This document shows positions 29,541 through 39,662 of a stretch of DNA of 64,000 nucleotides, in pieces; positions within the stretch are counted from its first letter, which is position 1; the number at the start of each line of letters is the position of its first letter. The notes beneath the pieces are model-generated. The model was not told the DNA's origin and ran no database searches. It saw nothing but the letters and a program-made list of their open reading frames with translations. The DNA comes from Halorarum halobium (GTDB lineage Archaea > Halobacteriota > Halobacteria > Halobacteriales > Haloferacaceae). The DNA lies in contig NZ_CP134949.1 in assembly GCF_032116555.1 (NCBI RefSeq), positions 2,418,001 to 2,482,000 of the forward strand, read 5' to 3'. A program made the position numbers and the translations under genes.

Positions 29541-30583
29541 CGGCCAACCTCCGTCTGGACGAGCTCATTCGGCTGGTCGTCGGCCGTCTCTTCGCTCGCT
29601 GTTTCGCCAGTGATGGCGAGGAAAACGTCATCGAGGGTCGGCGATCGAACGTCGAATCCCGTGACTGTGAAGTCAGCGTCCCGCAGTGCGATCAGGAGGT
29701 CGGTCCCGGCCTGGCGCGCGTGTTCGGACGTGATAGCGATGCCCTCGTCGGTGCGGCCGATGCTGTCGTTCTCGAACAGCCCCGAGTTACGCGCCACTTG
29801 TTGGGCTCGGGTACGCGGCTCGGCAGTCGAATCTTCGAGCGTTATCTCGAGGACGTCACCGCCGACCTGCGCTTTGAGCGCGTTCGGTGAGTCAGTGGCG
29901 ATGAGTTGTCCGTTTTGAATCACCGAGAGACGGTCGCAAAGCTCGTCGGCCTCTTCGAGGTATTGGGTCGTGAGAAATATCGTCGTGCCTTGCTCGTTGA
30001 TTTCACGGAAGTGTTCCCACAGGCGGAGTCTGGCCCTCGGGTCTAACCCGGTCGTGGGTTCGTCGAGGAACACGAGCTCTGGCTCGTGAACCAGTGCAGT
30101 CGCGACGTCGAGGCGCTTTTTCATCCCGCCGGAGAACTCCCCCGGCGGCTTGTCGGCGACATCAGCGAGATCGACGAGATCTAATAGGTCGTCGATGCGT
30201 CCGCCGCGCTCGCTGCGTGGAACGCCGTACATCTCACACGCATACTGGATGTTTTCGCGTGCAGTGAGCTCCTCGTCGACGCTCGTCTCCTGGGCCATAT
30301 AGCCGATGGACGAGCGGACAGCGCGGGACTCGTCAGTGACGTCGAACCCGTTGACGGTCACCGACCCGGCAGTGGGCCGTAGCAACGTCACGAACGTCTT
30401 GATCGCGGTGGTCTTCCCGGCGCCGTTCGGCCCTAAAAACCCAAAGAACTCACCCTGAGGGATGTCGAGGTCGATACCACGCACCGCTCGGGTACCGTCC
30501 GAGTACGTGAGCTCGACGTTTCTCGCCGTGATCGCATTTGCGGACGCCATCCGTGTCTCGGTAGTTTCGGTCGACACGGTCAC
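29537..30583 (-). CDS. ABC (DrrA-like) ATP-binding protein
   Basis: GPNGAGKTT, FSGGMKKR, LDEPTTGLD, LTTQYLEEA. Confidence 0.95.
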   Translation of the reverse strand: MTVSTETTETRMASANAITARNVELTYSDGTRAVRGIDLDIPQGEFFGFLGPNGAGKTTAIKTFVTLLRPTAGSVTVNGFDVTDESRAVRSSIGYMAQETSVDEELTARENIQYACEMYGVPRSERGGRIDDLLDLVDLADVADKPPGEFSGGMKKRLDVATALVHEPELVFLDEPTTGLDPRARLRLWEHFREINEQGTTIFLTTQYLEEADELCDRLSVIQNGQLIATDSPNALKAQVGGDVLEITLEDSTAEPRTRAQQVARNSGLFENDSIGRTDEGIAITSEHARQAGTDLLIALRDADFTVTGFDVRSPTLDDVFLAITGETASEETADDQPNELVQTEVGR

Positions 30584-30816
30584 ACCTCCTCGGCAGTTGC
30601 TTCCGGAACCCCGTCTTGGGTCTTGGTCCCACAGACGGTGAAAGAGTCAGTCGGAGTCGTTTTCAACGACGGGAGACGAGTGGTTCGAAGCTCTGCGGCC
30701 CCGCTGATTTCGTTCGGACCGCCGATCACTGCCGTATCCTGTGTTGATCGTGGAGTGATTCTATTCGGAGCGTCGATGCATCCTGTGTTGAGTTCTCGCT
30801 TTTGCATCCCTTGCAT
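30580..30816 (-). CDS. Leader mini-ORF (up to 78 aa) coupled to the ABC ATPase
   Basis: GTGA stop/start overlap preceded by GAGGAGGT. Confidence 0.4.
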   Translation of the reverse strand: MQGMQKRELNTGCIDAPNRITPRSTQDTAVIGGPNEISGAAELRTTRLPSLKTTPTDSFTVCGTKTQDGVPEATAEEV

Positions 30817-30993
30817 CGCGTAGGGAGAGACGCCGTTTGCCCTCGGGGATTACCCCGATTATAAACGGGATCATTATAATAGACCGTATTCATAGCCACT
30901 CGTATGAAACGGTCAACAGCTCCCCATCAAGAGACACGATCCGAGAGAAAGAGAGGGGAGAGACTGCGCCCGCAGACGTGACCCTCGACGATA

Positions 30994-31677
30994 ATGAGAT
31001 ACATAACCGTCATTATTACCCCGACTGAGGAATACCTTCGATCGAGCGACCACCAAGAGCTGCCGGAAAACACCGACGATCCGAGAGAAATATGGATCGA
31101 TGGCAGGCTCGTCGCGACTCAGGAAACGATAGAGTACGCCAATCTTCTCGATGATGGGACCGCCGTTGCGATCGTGCGGTTCCGAGGTGATGCCGATCTC
31201 CTCGAAAAAATCGTAGACGAAACGCCGGAGTTCATCTCTTGTACCGTAACGGGTGGTGAAACGTGGCTGGCCTATCTCCAGTACGAGCCCGACGAGATTG
31301 AAACAACGCTCCTTGAATTGGCAGATACCGAACCAATCAGTATCGACTGGCCGATCGAGGAGACTGCTGAGGGGCAGGAAGTCACCTTCTTCGGTGAGGA
31401 TCCAGCCCTTCACCGGATGATCGCTAGCATCCCTGACGAAATGGACCTCCGTCTCGAACGGACAGGAGAGTATCAGCCGGACATGGATAACCCAGCGGCG
31501 CAGCTCACCGACCGTCAAAAAGAGATCGTGCGGGCAGCGATCGTGGCGGGATACTACGACATCCCGCGCCGTGCAACCCAACAGGACTTGGCTGCCAAGC
31601 TTGAACTGTCGCAGGGGACGATTGGAGAACATCTTCGGCGAGCAGAAGCGAAGATCATCCAGTCCGTAGTCGTATAA
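30994..31677 (+). CDS. Bat-type HTH-10 transcriptional regulator
   Basis: LTDRQKEIVRAAIVAGYYDIPR...TIGEHLRRAE. Confidence 0.9.
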   Translation: MRYITVIITPTEEYLRSSDHQELPENTDDPREIWIDGRLVATQETIEYANLLDDGTAVAIVRFRGDADLLEKIVDETPEFISCTVTGGETWLAYLQYEPDEIETTLLELADTEPISIDWPIEETAEGQEVTFFGEDPALHRMIASIPDEMDLRLERTGEYQPDMDNPAAQLTDRQKEIVRAAIVAGYYDIPRRATQQDLAAKLELSQGTIGEHLRRAEAKIIQSVVV

Positions 31678-31997
31678 GAGCTACCGTGAAACGGTAACCA
31701 GTAGAGTATATTACTCGACACGACACCTCTAATTTGATACGAAGTGGATCCGACGTTCCGACTGGAGTTCGACTTTGGTGTTAGCGAGGATTACCTGGCT
31801 CGTGTTCTCCACGGCTCGCAAAGACGCCGCCCGAGCGAGTGAGGCAAGCCAGACCCAGATTCCGGAGCCGCTTCCGCGACGAACCCCGTGATGATCCGAT
31901 TTTCGGCCCTCGGCGACGGTCCACGTCAGGCTAAGCGACTTTCGGATGTGGGAGTCGGCCTCCTGGATTATGGCGAATCCCCACCGATCAAACCATT

Positions 31998-32699
31998 ATG
32001 CCTCCGGAAGCGACGGAAGATTACGCCTACAAGACCAAGGTTGCGACCCGAATCGAACTCCCGAACCGTGACGAACGGGAAGGGATCTTAGAAGCGGCGG
32101 CCTACAACATCTTCAACATCGATGCACGCGACGTCTACATCGATCTGTTGACCGACTCGGGCACCGGCGCAATGAGCGACGACCAGTGGGCCGCCCTACA
32201 GCGTGGCGAGGAAGCCTACGCCGGCTCGGAGAGCTTCCACGAACTCCGGGACGCCGTCGCGGACGTGATGGGCTTCGACCGACTCGTCCCGGCCAACCAG
32301 GGACGAGGGGCCGAGACGGTGCTGTACGGGGCGCTCGTAGACGAAGGCGACGTGGTGATCAACAACACCCACTTCGACACGACGCGAGCCCACGTCGCCA
32401 ACCAAGGTGCCGACCCCGTCGATTGTCCGGCACCCGAGGCCTGGGAAATGGACTCGACCGAACCATTCAAAGGCAACCTCGACGTCGAGCGCGCCCGGGA
32501 GGTAATCGCAGAGGTCGGCCCCGAGAACGTCCCAACTATCGTCGTCACGATCACTAACGACTCCGTGGCAGGCCAGCCCGTCAGCGTCGATAACGTCCGC
32601 CAGGCCCGCGAGACAGTGTCGGGGTATCGGATCGCTGGCGAGCCGTCGATGCCGGAGTTACGCCACTTCACTGCGGATCTTGAACCGATCGGGAGTTGA
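31998..32699 (+). pseudogene. tnaA: Tryptophanase/tyrosine phenol-lyase with a large in-frame internal deletion
   Basis: IDLLTDSGT, QGRGAE, HFDTTR, GQPVS joined directly to C-terminal ELRHFTADLEP; the PLP-lysine region is absent. Confidence 0.85.
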
Positions 32700-32829
32700 C
32701 CCGATGCAGAGCCATCCTCGTGCTCAAGTGGAGGCTCGGGAGCGTTGGGAGTACCGCTGGTGGCTGCTCCACTAACGGACCTGGGAGTCGGCATCACTAT
32801 TTATCCCGTCGATACACGAGTGTAGAATC

Positions 32830-33201
32830 ATGCCCGAGAAGACGACGGACGACTGGCAGCGGACCTGGCACCACCTTCAGCAGGGACTCGGCAATAAGTG
32901 GGCGTTGCACGTCCTCCAGGTCCTCGCGACGGATTCGCATGGGTTTGGCGAGCTGGAACAGGAGATCGACGGCATCTCCGAGACGATGCTCTCCCGACGA
33001 CTGTCGGATCTCACGGAGAAAGGCTTCATCGAGAAGACCACGGTCGCCTCGACACCACCACGCACGCTGTACCAGCTGACGCCCGCCGGTGATCGAGTTG
33101 CCACGTTCCTCGGGGAGATGGAACGGATCACCGCCATCGCCGAAACGGCGGACGGACCACAGCTCATCTTTGAAACAGAGGATTCACGGATCGACCCATG
33201 A
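32830..33201 (+). CDS. HxlR family winged-helix regulator
   Basis: LGNKWALHVL...GISETMLSRRL...PPRTLYQLT. Confidence 0.9.
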   Translation: MPEKTTDDWQRTWHHLQQGLGNKWALHVLQVLATDSHGFGELEQEIDGISETMLSRRLSDLTEKGFIEKTTVASTPPRTLYQLTPAGDRVATFLGEMERITAIAETADGPQLIFETEDSRIDP

Positions 33202-33878
33202 CCTCCGCCCCGACGTTCAGCATCGCCGACCCGGTCTCCCAGCGTTTCCCGGATTTAGCCGTGCAGTCGTTCGTCGTAAAAGGAGCGAGGATCGAGGCCG
33301 AGTCCGAGCAGCTTGAGGGATTCAAGGACGACGTCCTCTCGGACTTCCGCTCGAATCACGACAGGGACGACATCGCGGATGAGCCGCTGTTCCAGGCGTA
33401 TCGCGCGTTCTTCTGGGACCTGGACATCGATCCGACGAAGATCAGGCCCGCCGCGGAGGCACTCGCCCGCCGGACGCTTCAGGGCACGCCGATACCGACC
33501 ATCAACACGTTCGTCGATGCGTCCAATCTCGCGTCGCTGACGTCGAAGGTCCCGCTCGCAGCGTTCGACCGCGATCTGTTGGGTGAGAAGCTCCGCCTCC
33601 GGTTCGCCGAGGAGGGCGAGCCGTTCCGTGGCATCGGAATGAACGACTCGACGACGCTCGGGGGTGGGGAGCTCGTTATCGATGATGGCGATTCGTTGAT
33701 CGCCGTCTATCCCTACCGAAATGCCGCCGACACGAGGCTAACGCTAGACAGTACCGATGCATTTGTGCTGGTCTGTGGTGCCCCCGGCGTGTCCGGTTCC
33801 GTACTGGACAGGGCAAGCGAGAAGGTCCAAGAAAACGTGACGCGGTTCTGCGGCGGCAGTGTCAATGATTCCTCCTGA
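33198..33878 (+). CDS. Stand-alone B3/B4 (PheRS-beta editing domain-like) protein
   Basis: AYRAFF...DPTKIRPAAEALARR...PTINTFVDASNLAS...AFDRD...YPYRNA. Confidence 0.85.
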   Translation: MTSAPTFSIADPVSQRFPDLAVQSFVVKGARIEAESEQLEGFKDDVLSDFRSNHDRDDIADEPLFQAYRAFFWDLDIDPTKIRPAAEALARRTLQGTPIPTINTFVDASNLASLTSKVPLAAFDRDLLGEKLRLRFAEEGEPFRGIGMNDSTTLGGGELVIDDGDSLIAVYPYRNAADTRLTLDSTDAFVLVCGAPGVSGSVLDRASEKVQENVTRFCGGSVNDSS

Positions 33879-34188
33879 CGTGCTACTCTCCGTGCTCTGG
33901 TCGGACGCACCGTCGTATTCGTGGAGGAAATCAGACGGATTCGCGCACACTCGCATTTCGCCCGTAGACTCTCCGGATAGTTGTATATCGATTGGAAATA
34001 GGTGTTGACTGGAATCGGCTTCGAGACTGGAAAGCTGATGCTCGTACGTATAACATTCCGATGCGGAATCATCCAGGAGTACACACGGGAGCCATATATG
34101 GCACCCTCCGAGGGAGGACCCCTCAACCAGGCGTGCGAAGATCGAATCGAACGAGTGTTCTGTCGCGTCCGTCTACTACGATTTCAGC

Positions 34189-34776
34189 TCACGTCATCGA
34201 TGCCGTCGCAACGAGAGACAGCACGAACGAGACGACGGCGGCCACTGTTCGAACGTGGTTCCATTGCGCCCACCGTGACCGGACCGTCCGCCAGTCGTCC
34301 GGGGGCGACTCGACGGACCACGTTTCGATGGAGTCGTTCATCGGAATATGGATTCTTGACGTGATCCCGACCGTCCCGACTAGGTAGATGAGTGACGCCA
34401 TGAGGAACGACTGGCCGTACGTCATCGTCCAGTGTCCGCCGGCGAACACGACAAGCGTACCGACGACCGGGACGACGATCGCACCTCCAAAGGCGATGCC
34501 GAACACCGCGTTCAGGATTTTCTCGTTGATCGACTGCATCACTTGCGTGTACGCCGACGCCGGGAGCGTCTCGAGCGCCAGTACCACGCTCACCGAGTAG
34601 GCGAAAAAGAGCCCGGCCATGAGCCCGATCAGGATGGTTGACGCGGCAAACAGGCCAACGAGAAGCGAATCCGACTGGCCGAGTAGTCCAGTCACGGATC
34701 CCCTCCCCGACGCGGAGTGACCGGCGACATTCGGTGCTGGAACGGCCAGCCCTGGAAGGGCTTCGATCGCGAACAC
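34189..34776 (-). CDS. DUF1772 (anthrone oxygenase-like) membrane protein
   Basis: GLMAGLFFAYS...MQSIN...HIPMND...RWAQWNHVRT; start uncertain. Confidence 0.85.
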   Translation of the reverse strand: MFAIEALPGLAVPAPNVAGHSASGRGSVTGLLGQSDSLLVGLFAASTILIGLMAGLFFAYSVSVVLALETLPASAYTQVMQSINEKILNAVFGIAFGGAIVVPVVGTLVVFAGGHWTMTYGQSFLMASLIYLVGTVGITSRIHIPMNDSIETWSVESPPDDWRTVRSRWAQWNHVRTVAAVVSFVLSLVATASMT

Positions 34777-34854
34777 ACGGCAGTGACCGGTGACGTTCTC
34801 GACAACTTCACGGGGTGGACGGGTTCGAAGCGAGCGTTCCTCGCAGTACTCCCG

Positions 34855-35595
34855 TCACACATGGGAGGACATCACCGGCGAATCCTCGCCGTCGTTCCAT
34901 TCTATCGAGGTCCGGCTACGTGGATCCACGTCAGTTGCGGACTCCCGGGAAACAACCTCGAACGTCCGACCCGTCGCCGCTGGCGTATTAAGAGCCGCCA
35001 CCATGAGGTGGGCGACGTCTGCGCGCGGCACCGACCCGGTCATGGGTCCGCCCCCTTCGGCGAGCACGAGATCGTTCGTCGCGGGATCGTCAGTCAGCCA
35101 GCCCGGCCGGAGGATGACGTATTCGAGGTCGGAGTCGTGGAGTGCTGCCTCAGCACGCGCCTTCGCGCGAACCGTCCATCGGAGGACGAGCAATCGCGCC
35201 CACCACGGCATCCCCGGCCGGGAGTCGCCGACCCCGATCGAACTCTGCAGGACGAACCGACGAATGTCGGCCTCTTCGGCTGCTTCCACCAGGGTGAGCA
35301 CACCGTCGCCGTCGACGACCCGACTGGGTCGCAAGAGTCCCGTGGAGAGGCTCGACCCTGCGGCGAACAGGACCGCATCGCAACTCTCGACAGCGGTTCG
35401 AGCATCAGCACTATCGATCAAATCACCGACGACAACATCATCAGCGCCGTCCGCTAGAAGTGATTCGCGGTTCTCCGCCGATCGGGTGAGCGCGCGAACG
35501 GTGAGCGACGTGTCGGCGAGTTCCGCCAGCAGTTCGCGGCCGGTCCGACCGCTCGCACCCGTGACCAGGACTTTCGATGGACTCTGTCGTTCCAT
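34855..35595 (-). CDS. NAD(P)H-binding (atypical SDR) protein
   Basis: VLVTGASGRTG, ILRPGWL, VPRADVA. Confidence 0.88.
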   Translation of the reverse strand: MERQSPSKVLVTGASGRTGRELLAELADTSLTVRALTRSAENRESLLADGADDVVVGDLIDSADARTAVESCDAVLFAAGSSLSTGLLRPSRVVDGDGVLTLVEAAEEADIRRFVLQSSIGVGDSRPGMPWWARLLVLRWTVRAKARAEAALHDSDLEYVILRPGWLTDDPATNDLVLAEGGGPMTGSVPRADVAHLMVAALNTPAATGRTFEVVSRESATDVDPRSRTSIEWNDGEDSPVMSSHV

Positions 35596-35742
35596 GTTCG
35601 TGGTTGACTTTGCGTGGGATGGACAAGTACTGTCAAGTGTACCGGAATAAAGCGACTTTCTCGGCGGAAAGTGGGCGTCGCCGGACCGTGGACGCTTCCG
35701 ATCGGTCAGCGCGTATTTATCGCCGTCCGTCGTACCTGGAGC

Positions 35743-36212
35743 ATGGAGCATCCCGAAGAATCCCGAGGATCTGCGTCGGCACCCGAACGGGCGACGTCGT
35801 CCGCTGACGACCGCGATCCGGAGGACGTGGTGGAGGCTCACCGCGATCTGCTAGCGGACGTCCCGCCAATCGACGAGACACCCGAAGAACTCCATTCGGC
35901 GGTCGGTGAACTCCTCGATCTGGTGACGAACGCGTACGCGATGGCGATCCTGTATCACCTCTTCTGCGAGCAGCGACCGATGCGCTTCAAGAACTCGAGG
36001 ACGCGACCGGCGCATCACCGAAAGTCCTCTCCCAGCGCCTCTCGGAGTTCGTCGATGCCGGATTGGTCTCCCGGCGATCCTACGACGAGATTCCACCGCA
36101 CGTCGAGTACGAACCGACGGAGAAAGCTTCGGCCCTCGATCCCGCGTTCCAGTTCCTCTACGCGTGGGCGCATCGGTACGACGTCGAATCTGAGACGACG
36201 GAACGTTCTTGA
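35743..36212 (+). pseudogene. HxlR family regulator, frameshifted near 35990
   Basis: ...EQRPMRF, continuing in another frame as ELEDATGASPKVLSQRL...YDEIPPHVEYEPT...stop at 36212. Confidence 0.8.
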
Positions 36213-36312
36213 CTCACGGTCGTGTTTGGCGGGTCTGTCTCGTGGCTTCAGCTATCCGGGGAGCTGACGTGGAGCGACGAGAACACGATCCTGTGGATAT
36301 ATCGTGAATACA

Positions 36313-37104
36313 TCAGTCAATGTCCCTTCGCTGAAATCGACGTTGACTGACGAGCACGAGTACAACGGCTGCGATTAGTAGGATACCAGCAGAGACTAGA
36401 TTATAGTTCCCTTCGATCAGAATCGCTGCTGGATTGTAGTACTCTCGTGGACTGGCAATCATCATCCACGAGAGTACCGTCCCGGACGCGAAAATCCCGA
36501 TCAAATTGAGAAGGGCTATTACTCCCACGGCAGTTCCCTGTGCGACGGTAGCCCGATTGAACACCGTCAACGTTGAGAGATAGATACCGATCCCTGCACA
36601 GGTGAGCAGATATGGAATAGCAAGGAGATGAACCATCACTAGGCGAATCGGATCGACAGGCTCTCCGATACCGAGGGCAGTAACGTAGACAACGACCAGC
36701 AAAACCCCATTCACAATGAAAATCGGGACAAGTATCGAGGCAAATTTCTCTACGAGGAGGCGCGACCGGGAGAATGGGAGTAACATAAGGAGATCCATCC
36801 GGTCGTGTTCAATATCGTCAGCGATCAGGCCCGCTGCGGTGTACGCGAAATAGATACCGAGTGCCCAGATCACGACGAACGTGTAGACCTCGGCCGCGAG
36901 CCATCCTTCAATAGTAGATAGTTCTACGATACCAAACGCATCGAGCACGCTCGGTGGCATTATTTCAACCGACGTGCGTAATTGCTCCTTCGGCAATGAC
37001 TGGAAAAAGAACGCCAAAAATACTGCATAAACGCTAACACTTACTGAAAGCCCGGCTGTCCCACGGAGTCGTCGACTCGCTTCGTACCGGGCCGTCTCAA
37101 ACAT
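36313..37104 (-). CDS. ABC-2 type exporter permease
   Basis: AAGLIADDIEHDRMDLL..PFSRSRLLVEKF; paralogue of 25509-26306. Confidence 0.9.
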   Translation of the reverse strand: MFETARYEASRRLRGTAGLSVSVSVYAVFLAFFFQSLPKEQLRTSVEIMPPSVLDAFGIVELSTIEGWLAAEVYTFVVIWALGIYFAYTAAGLIADDIEHDRMDLLMLLPFSRSRLLVEKFASILVPIFIVNGVLLVVVYVTALGIGEPVDPIRLVMVHLLAIPYLLTCAGIGIYLSTLTVFNRATVAQGTAVGVIALLNLIGIFASGTVLSWMMIASPREYYNPAAILIEGNYNLVSAGILLIAAVVLVLVSQRRFQRRDID

Positions 37105-38017
37105 GCGCTTCCTCCCTGCTCCCATCGATCATGTGTGAATCGGAGTCTCCATAGTAGTGCATGAACACGTCCTCGAGTGGTGGCTCGCTGATCTCGACAT
37201 CGAGAATCCCGTAGTTCGCAAGCTGTCTGAAGAGCGTGGTGTACTCACCCGTGTAAGTGAATTGCAGTTCGTCACCAATCGCCGTAATGTCTACCACACC
37301 ATCAACCGTCGACAGTTCCTCGCTTGCCTCGTCAACTAACTGAACACGAACACGTTTTCCGCCGCGGTTCACCAGTGATTCGATATCCTCAAGCCCGACG
37401 ATACGACCCTTGCGGAGGATTCCCACCCGATCACAGACACGACGGACTTCGCTCAGAACGTGCGACGAGAAGAAAAACGTCGTTCCGCTTTCTTTTTCCT
37501 CTCTAATGAACTCGTTGAACTGTGCCTGGTTGAGTGGATCGAGTCCGGAGGTCGGCTCATCCATGATGACGAGATCGGGATCGTGCATGAACGCCTGGAC
37601 AATGCCGAGCAGTTGCCTGTTCCCGCTCGAATACTCCCGAATCGGTCGATCGAGCGGTGGTGTGAACAACTCGAGAAGTTCCTCCCGTCGTCGATCACCC
37701 TTGACTGACGCGTAATAATCGAGAAGCTGGTTTCCCGTGACCGCTTCGTTGAATCCGAGATCGGCTGGCAGATACCCAATCCGTTGTTTCACGTTGATGA
37801 GCGCATCTTCATCGTGCACGTCCGCGCCAAGTACCGTGGCGGTTCCAGCGGTTGGGTCGAGCAATCCGAGAATCGTCCGGATCGTCGTCGTTTTTCCCGC
37901 CCCATTTGGCCCGAGAAATCCGAAGATCTCTCCCTCTTCAACGGTGAACGAGAGGGAATCGATACCGAGGACGGTCCCATAGTCCTTCGTTAGATCGGTC
38001 ACGCTGATGGCTGCCAT
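37097..38017 (-). CDS. ABC exporter ATP-binding protein
   Basis: GPNGAGKTT, YSSGN, MDEPTSGLD. Confidence 0.95.
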   Translation of the reverse strand: MAAISVTDLTKDYGTVLGIDSLSFTVEEGEIFGFLGPNGAGKTTTIRTILGLLDPTAGTATVLGADVHDEDALINVKQRIGYLPADLGFNEAVTGNQLLDYYASVKGDRRREELLELFTPPLDRPIREYSSGNRQLLGIVQAFMHDPDLVIMDEPTSGLDPLNQAQFNEFIREEKESGTTFFFSSHVLSEVRRVCDRVGILRKGRIVGLEDIESLVNRGGKRVRVQLVDEASEELSTVDGVVDITAIGDELQFTYTGEYTTLFRQLANYGILDVEISEPPLEDVFMHYYGDSDSHMIDGSREEAHV

Positions 38018-38114
38018 GTCTCTACCTTCACTGCGTTACCACCTAACTGTTTCGGTTAATGGAGTATACCGAGTTATCGATTCGTTTATTCGCTATCAAC
38101 TCGAATAGCGAAAC

Positions 38115-38735
38115 ATGCCCGGCTTCAGCGACGAAGAACGCACACGCATCAGAGAGGACCTTATTCAGTCGGGACGCAGACTGATGTTTCGGCACGGACC
38201 AAAGAAAACCACAATTACGGACATCACCGACTCGGTCGGCATCTCTAAGCCGATGTTCTACCGATTTTTCGACTCAAAAGCCGATCTATATCTCGAAATC
38301 CTTCAACACGAGAGTGAGGTCTTTTACGAGAACCTTCGTGAGGAGTTAGATGGAGTAACTGATCCGTGTGAGGGACTCAAACGGTTGCTCTGGTGCTATC
38401 GAGACTATCTCGAGAGCAACCCGCTCGTCCAGCAGACATTCACCCAAGACAACTACCGAGAGATATTTCGGAACGTCTCCCCCGAGGTGTTGGCGGAAAT
38501 CCAACAGGAAGGCGTGGCGGACATCATCCCCTTTATTGAGGCGCTCCAGGAACACAGTAGTGGTCCGTTTGCGGAGCGTGATCCAGCGGCGATTCTCGGG
38601 GTCTTGAGTACGATTGCTCTACAGGTACTGCACAAGGACAGGTACGATGAGTACGAGGAGGGGTACTACGACCAGATAATGGATCTGCTCATCACATCTC
38701 TCGCAGAAGGACTGACTACGACGGAGACGCACTAA
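38115..38735 (+). CDS. TetR/AcrR family regulator
   Basis: MPGFSDEER...GPKKTTITDIT...FYRFFDSK; paralogue of 27377-28036. Confidence 0.92.
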   Translation: MPGFSDEERTRIREDLIQSGRRLMFRHGPKKTTITDITDSVGISKPMFYRFFDSKADLYLEILQHESEVFYENLREELDGVTDPCEGLKRLLWCYRDYLESNPLVQQTFTQDNYREIFRNVSPEVLAEIQQEGVADIIPFIEALQEHSSGPFAERDPAAILGVLSTIALQVLHKDRYDEYEEGYYDQIMDLLITSLAEGLTTTETH

Positions 38736-38754
38736 ACATTTCTATTAACTGTAA

Positions 38755-39528
38755 TCAGAGTTCAGGCGTCTCCTCGATTCGAGGGACGCCATCGACCGTA
38801 ATCGTCTCGCCAACGATATGAGATGAATCCGGACTGGCGAGAAACACCGCGATAGCGGCGATCTCTTCGGGAAGCGCGATGGACCGCTTAATTTCAACAC
38901 GGTCGATCTCCGCTGCGGAGATACCGAACCCGCTTTCGACGGCTGGAGTCGCAACGAAACCTGGCGCGATGCAGTTGACTCTGACATTGTGGTCCGCCCA
39001 CTCGTATGCCAGTGTCGTTGTGAGATTGATCACGGCGGCCTTCGCGGCGCTATAGTGGCTTAGAGATGGTGTCCCGCGCTGATTTGCGGCGCTGGAAAGA
39101 CCGAAGTTGACCACCGTTCCACCGGCTTCCTTAAGGTGTTTGCCAGCAGCCTGTGTACAGTTATATGTACCATGGAGATTGACATCGATGACAGTCTTCC
39201 ACTCCTCCTCAGAGATGTCATCGAAGCCGGTCATGAACCTCGTACCAGCGTTGTTGATGAGTGTGTCTACGGTACCGAATTCTTCGACTGTGGAGGTGAA
39301 AAGTCGGTCAACGGCCTCACGATCAGTCACGTCGCACTCGATAGCGAGCGCATTGCTCCCCGATTCTTGTATCTGTTCGGCAACTTCGTTGACATTTTCC
39401 TGGGTACGAGAGCAAATTACAACGTTTGCTCCATTCGCGGCGAACCGTTTCGCGACGACTTCTCCGATTCCACTTGATGCCCCGGTTACAACTACAGTGG
39501 CTCCGTCAACAGTGGTTTCAAGACTCAT
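38755..39528 (-). CDS. SDR family oxidoreductase
   Basis: TGASSGIG, NNAG, YSAAK. Confidence 0.92.
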   Translation of the reverse strand: MSLETTVDGATVVVTGASSGIGEVVAKRFAANGANVVICSRTQENVNEVAEQIQESGSNALAIECDVTDREAVDRLFTSTVEEFGTVDTLINNAGTRFMTGFDDISEEEWKTVIDVNLHGTYNCTQAAGKHLKEAGGTVVNFGLSSAANQRGTPSLSHYSAAKAAVINLTTTLAYEWADHNVRVNCIAPGFVATPAVESGFGISAAEIDRVEIKRSIALPEEIAAIAVFLASPDSSHIVGETITVDGVPRIEETPEL

Positions 39529-39613
39529 TGTTGCTTCTCAGTCTGTGTCGTCACGAGCTTGTGTGAGTTCATCGCGGTATACGTAATCGCCGGGCAATCA
39601 TCGTAGTCTCGGC

Positions 39614-39629
39614 TGGAAACCGGTTTCCA
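39614..39629. promoter_or_regulatory. Perfect 16-bp palindrome TGGAAACCGGTTTCCA, candidate HTH-10 operator
   Basis: Between the divergent SDR and HTH-10 genes. Confidence 0.55.
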
Positions 39630-39662
39630 TGTTTAAGTACTACGTACTCTAAGCTCAGTGAA

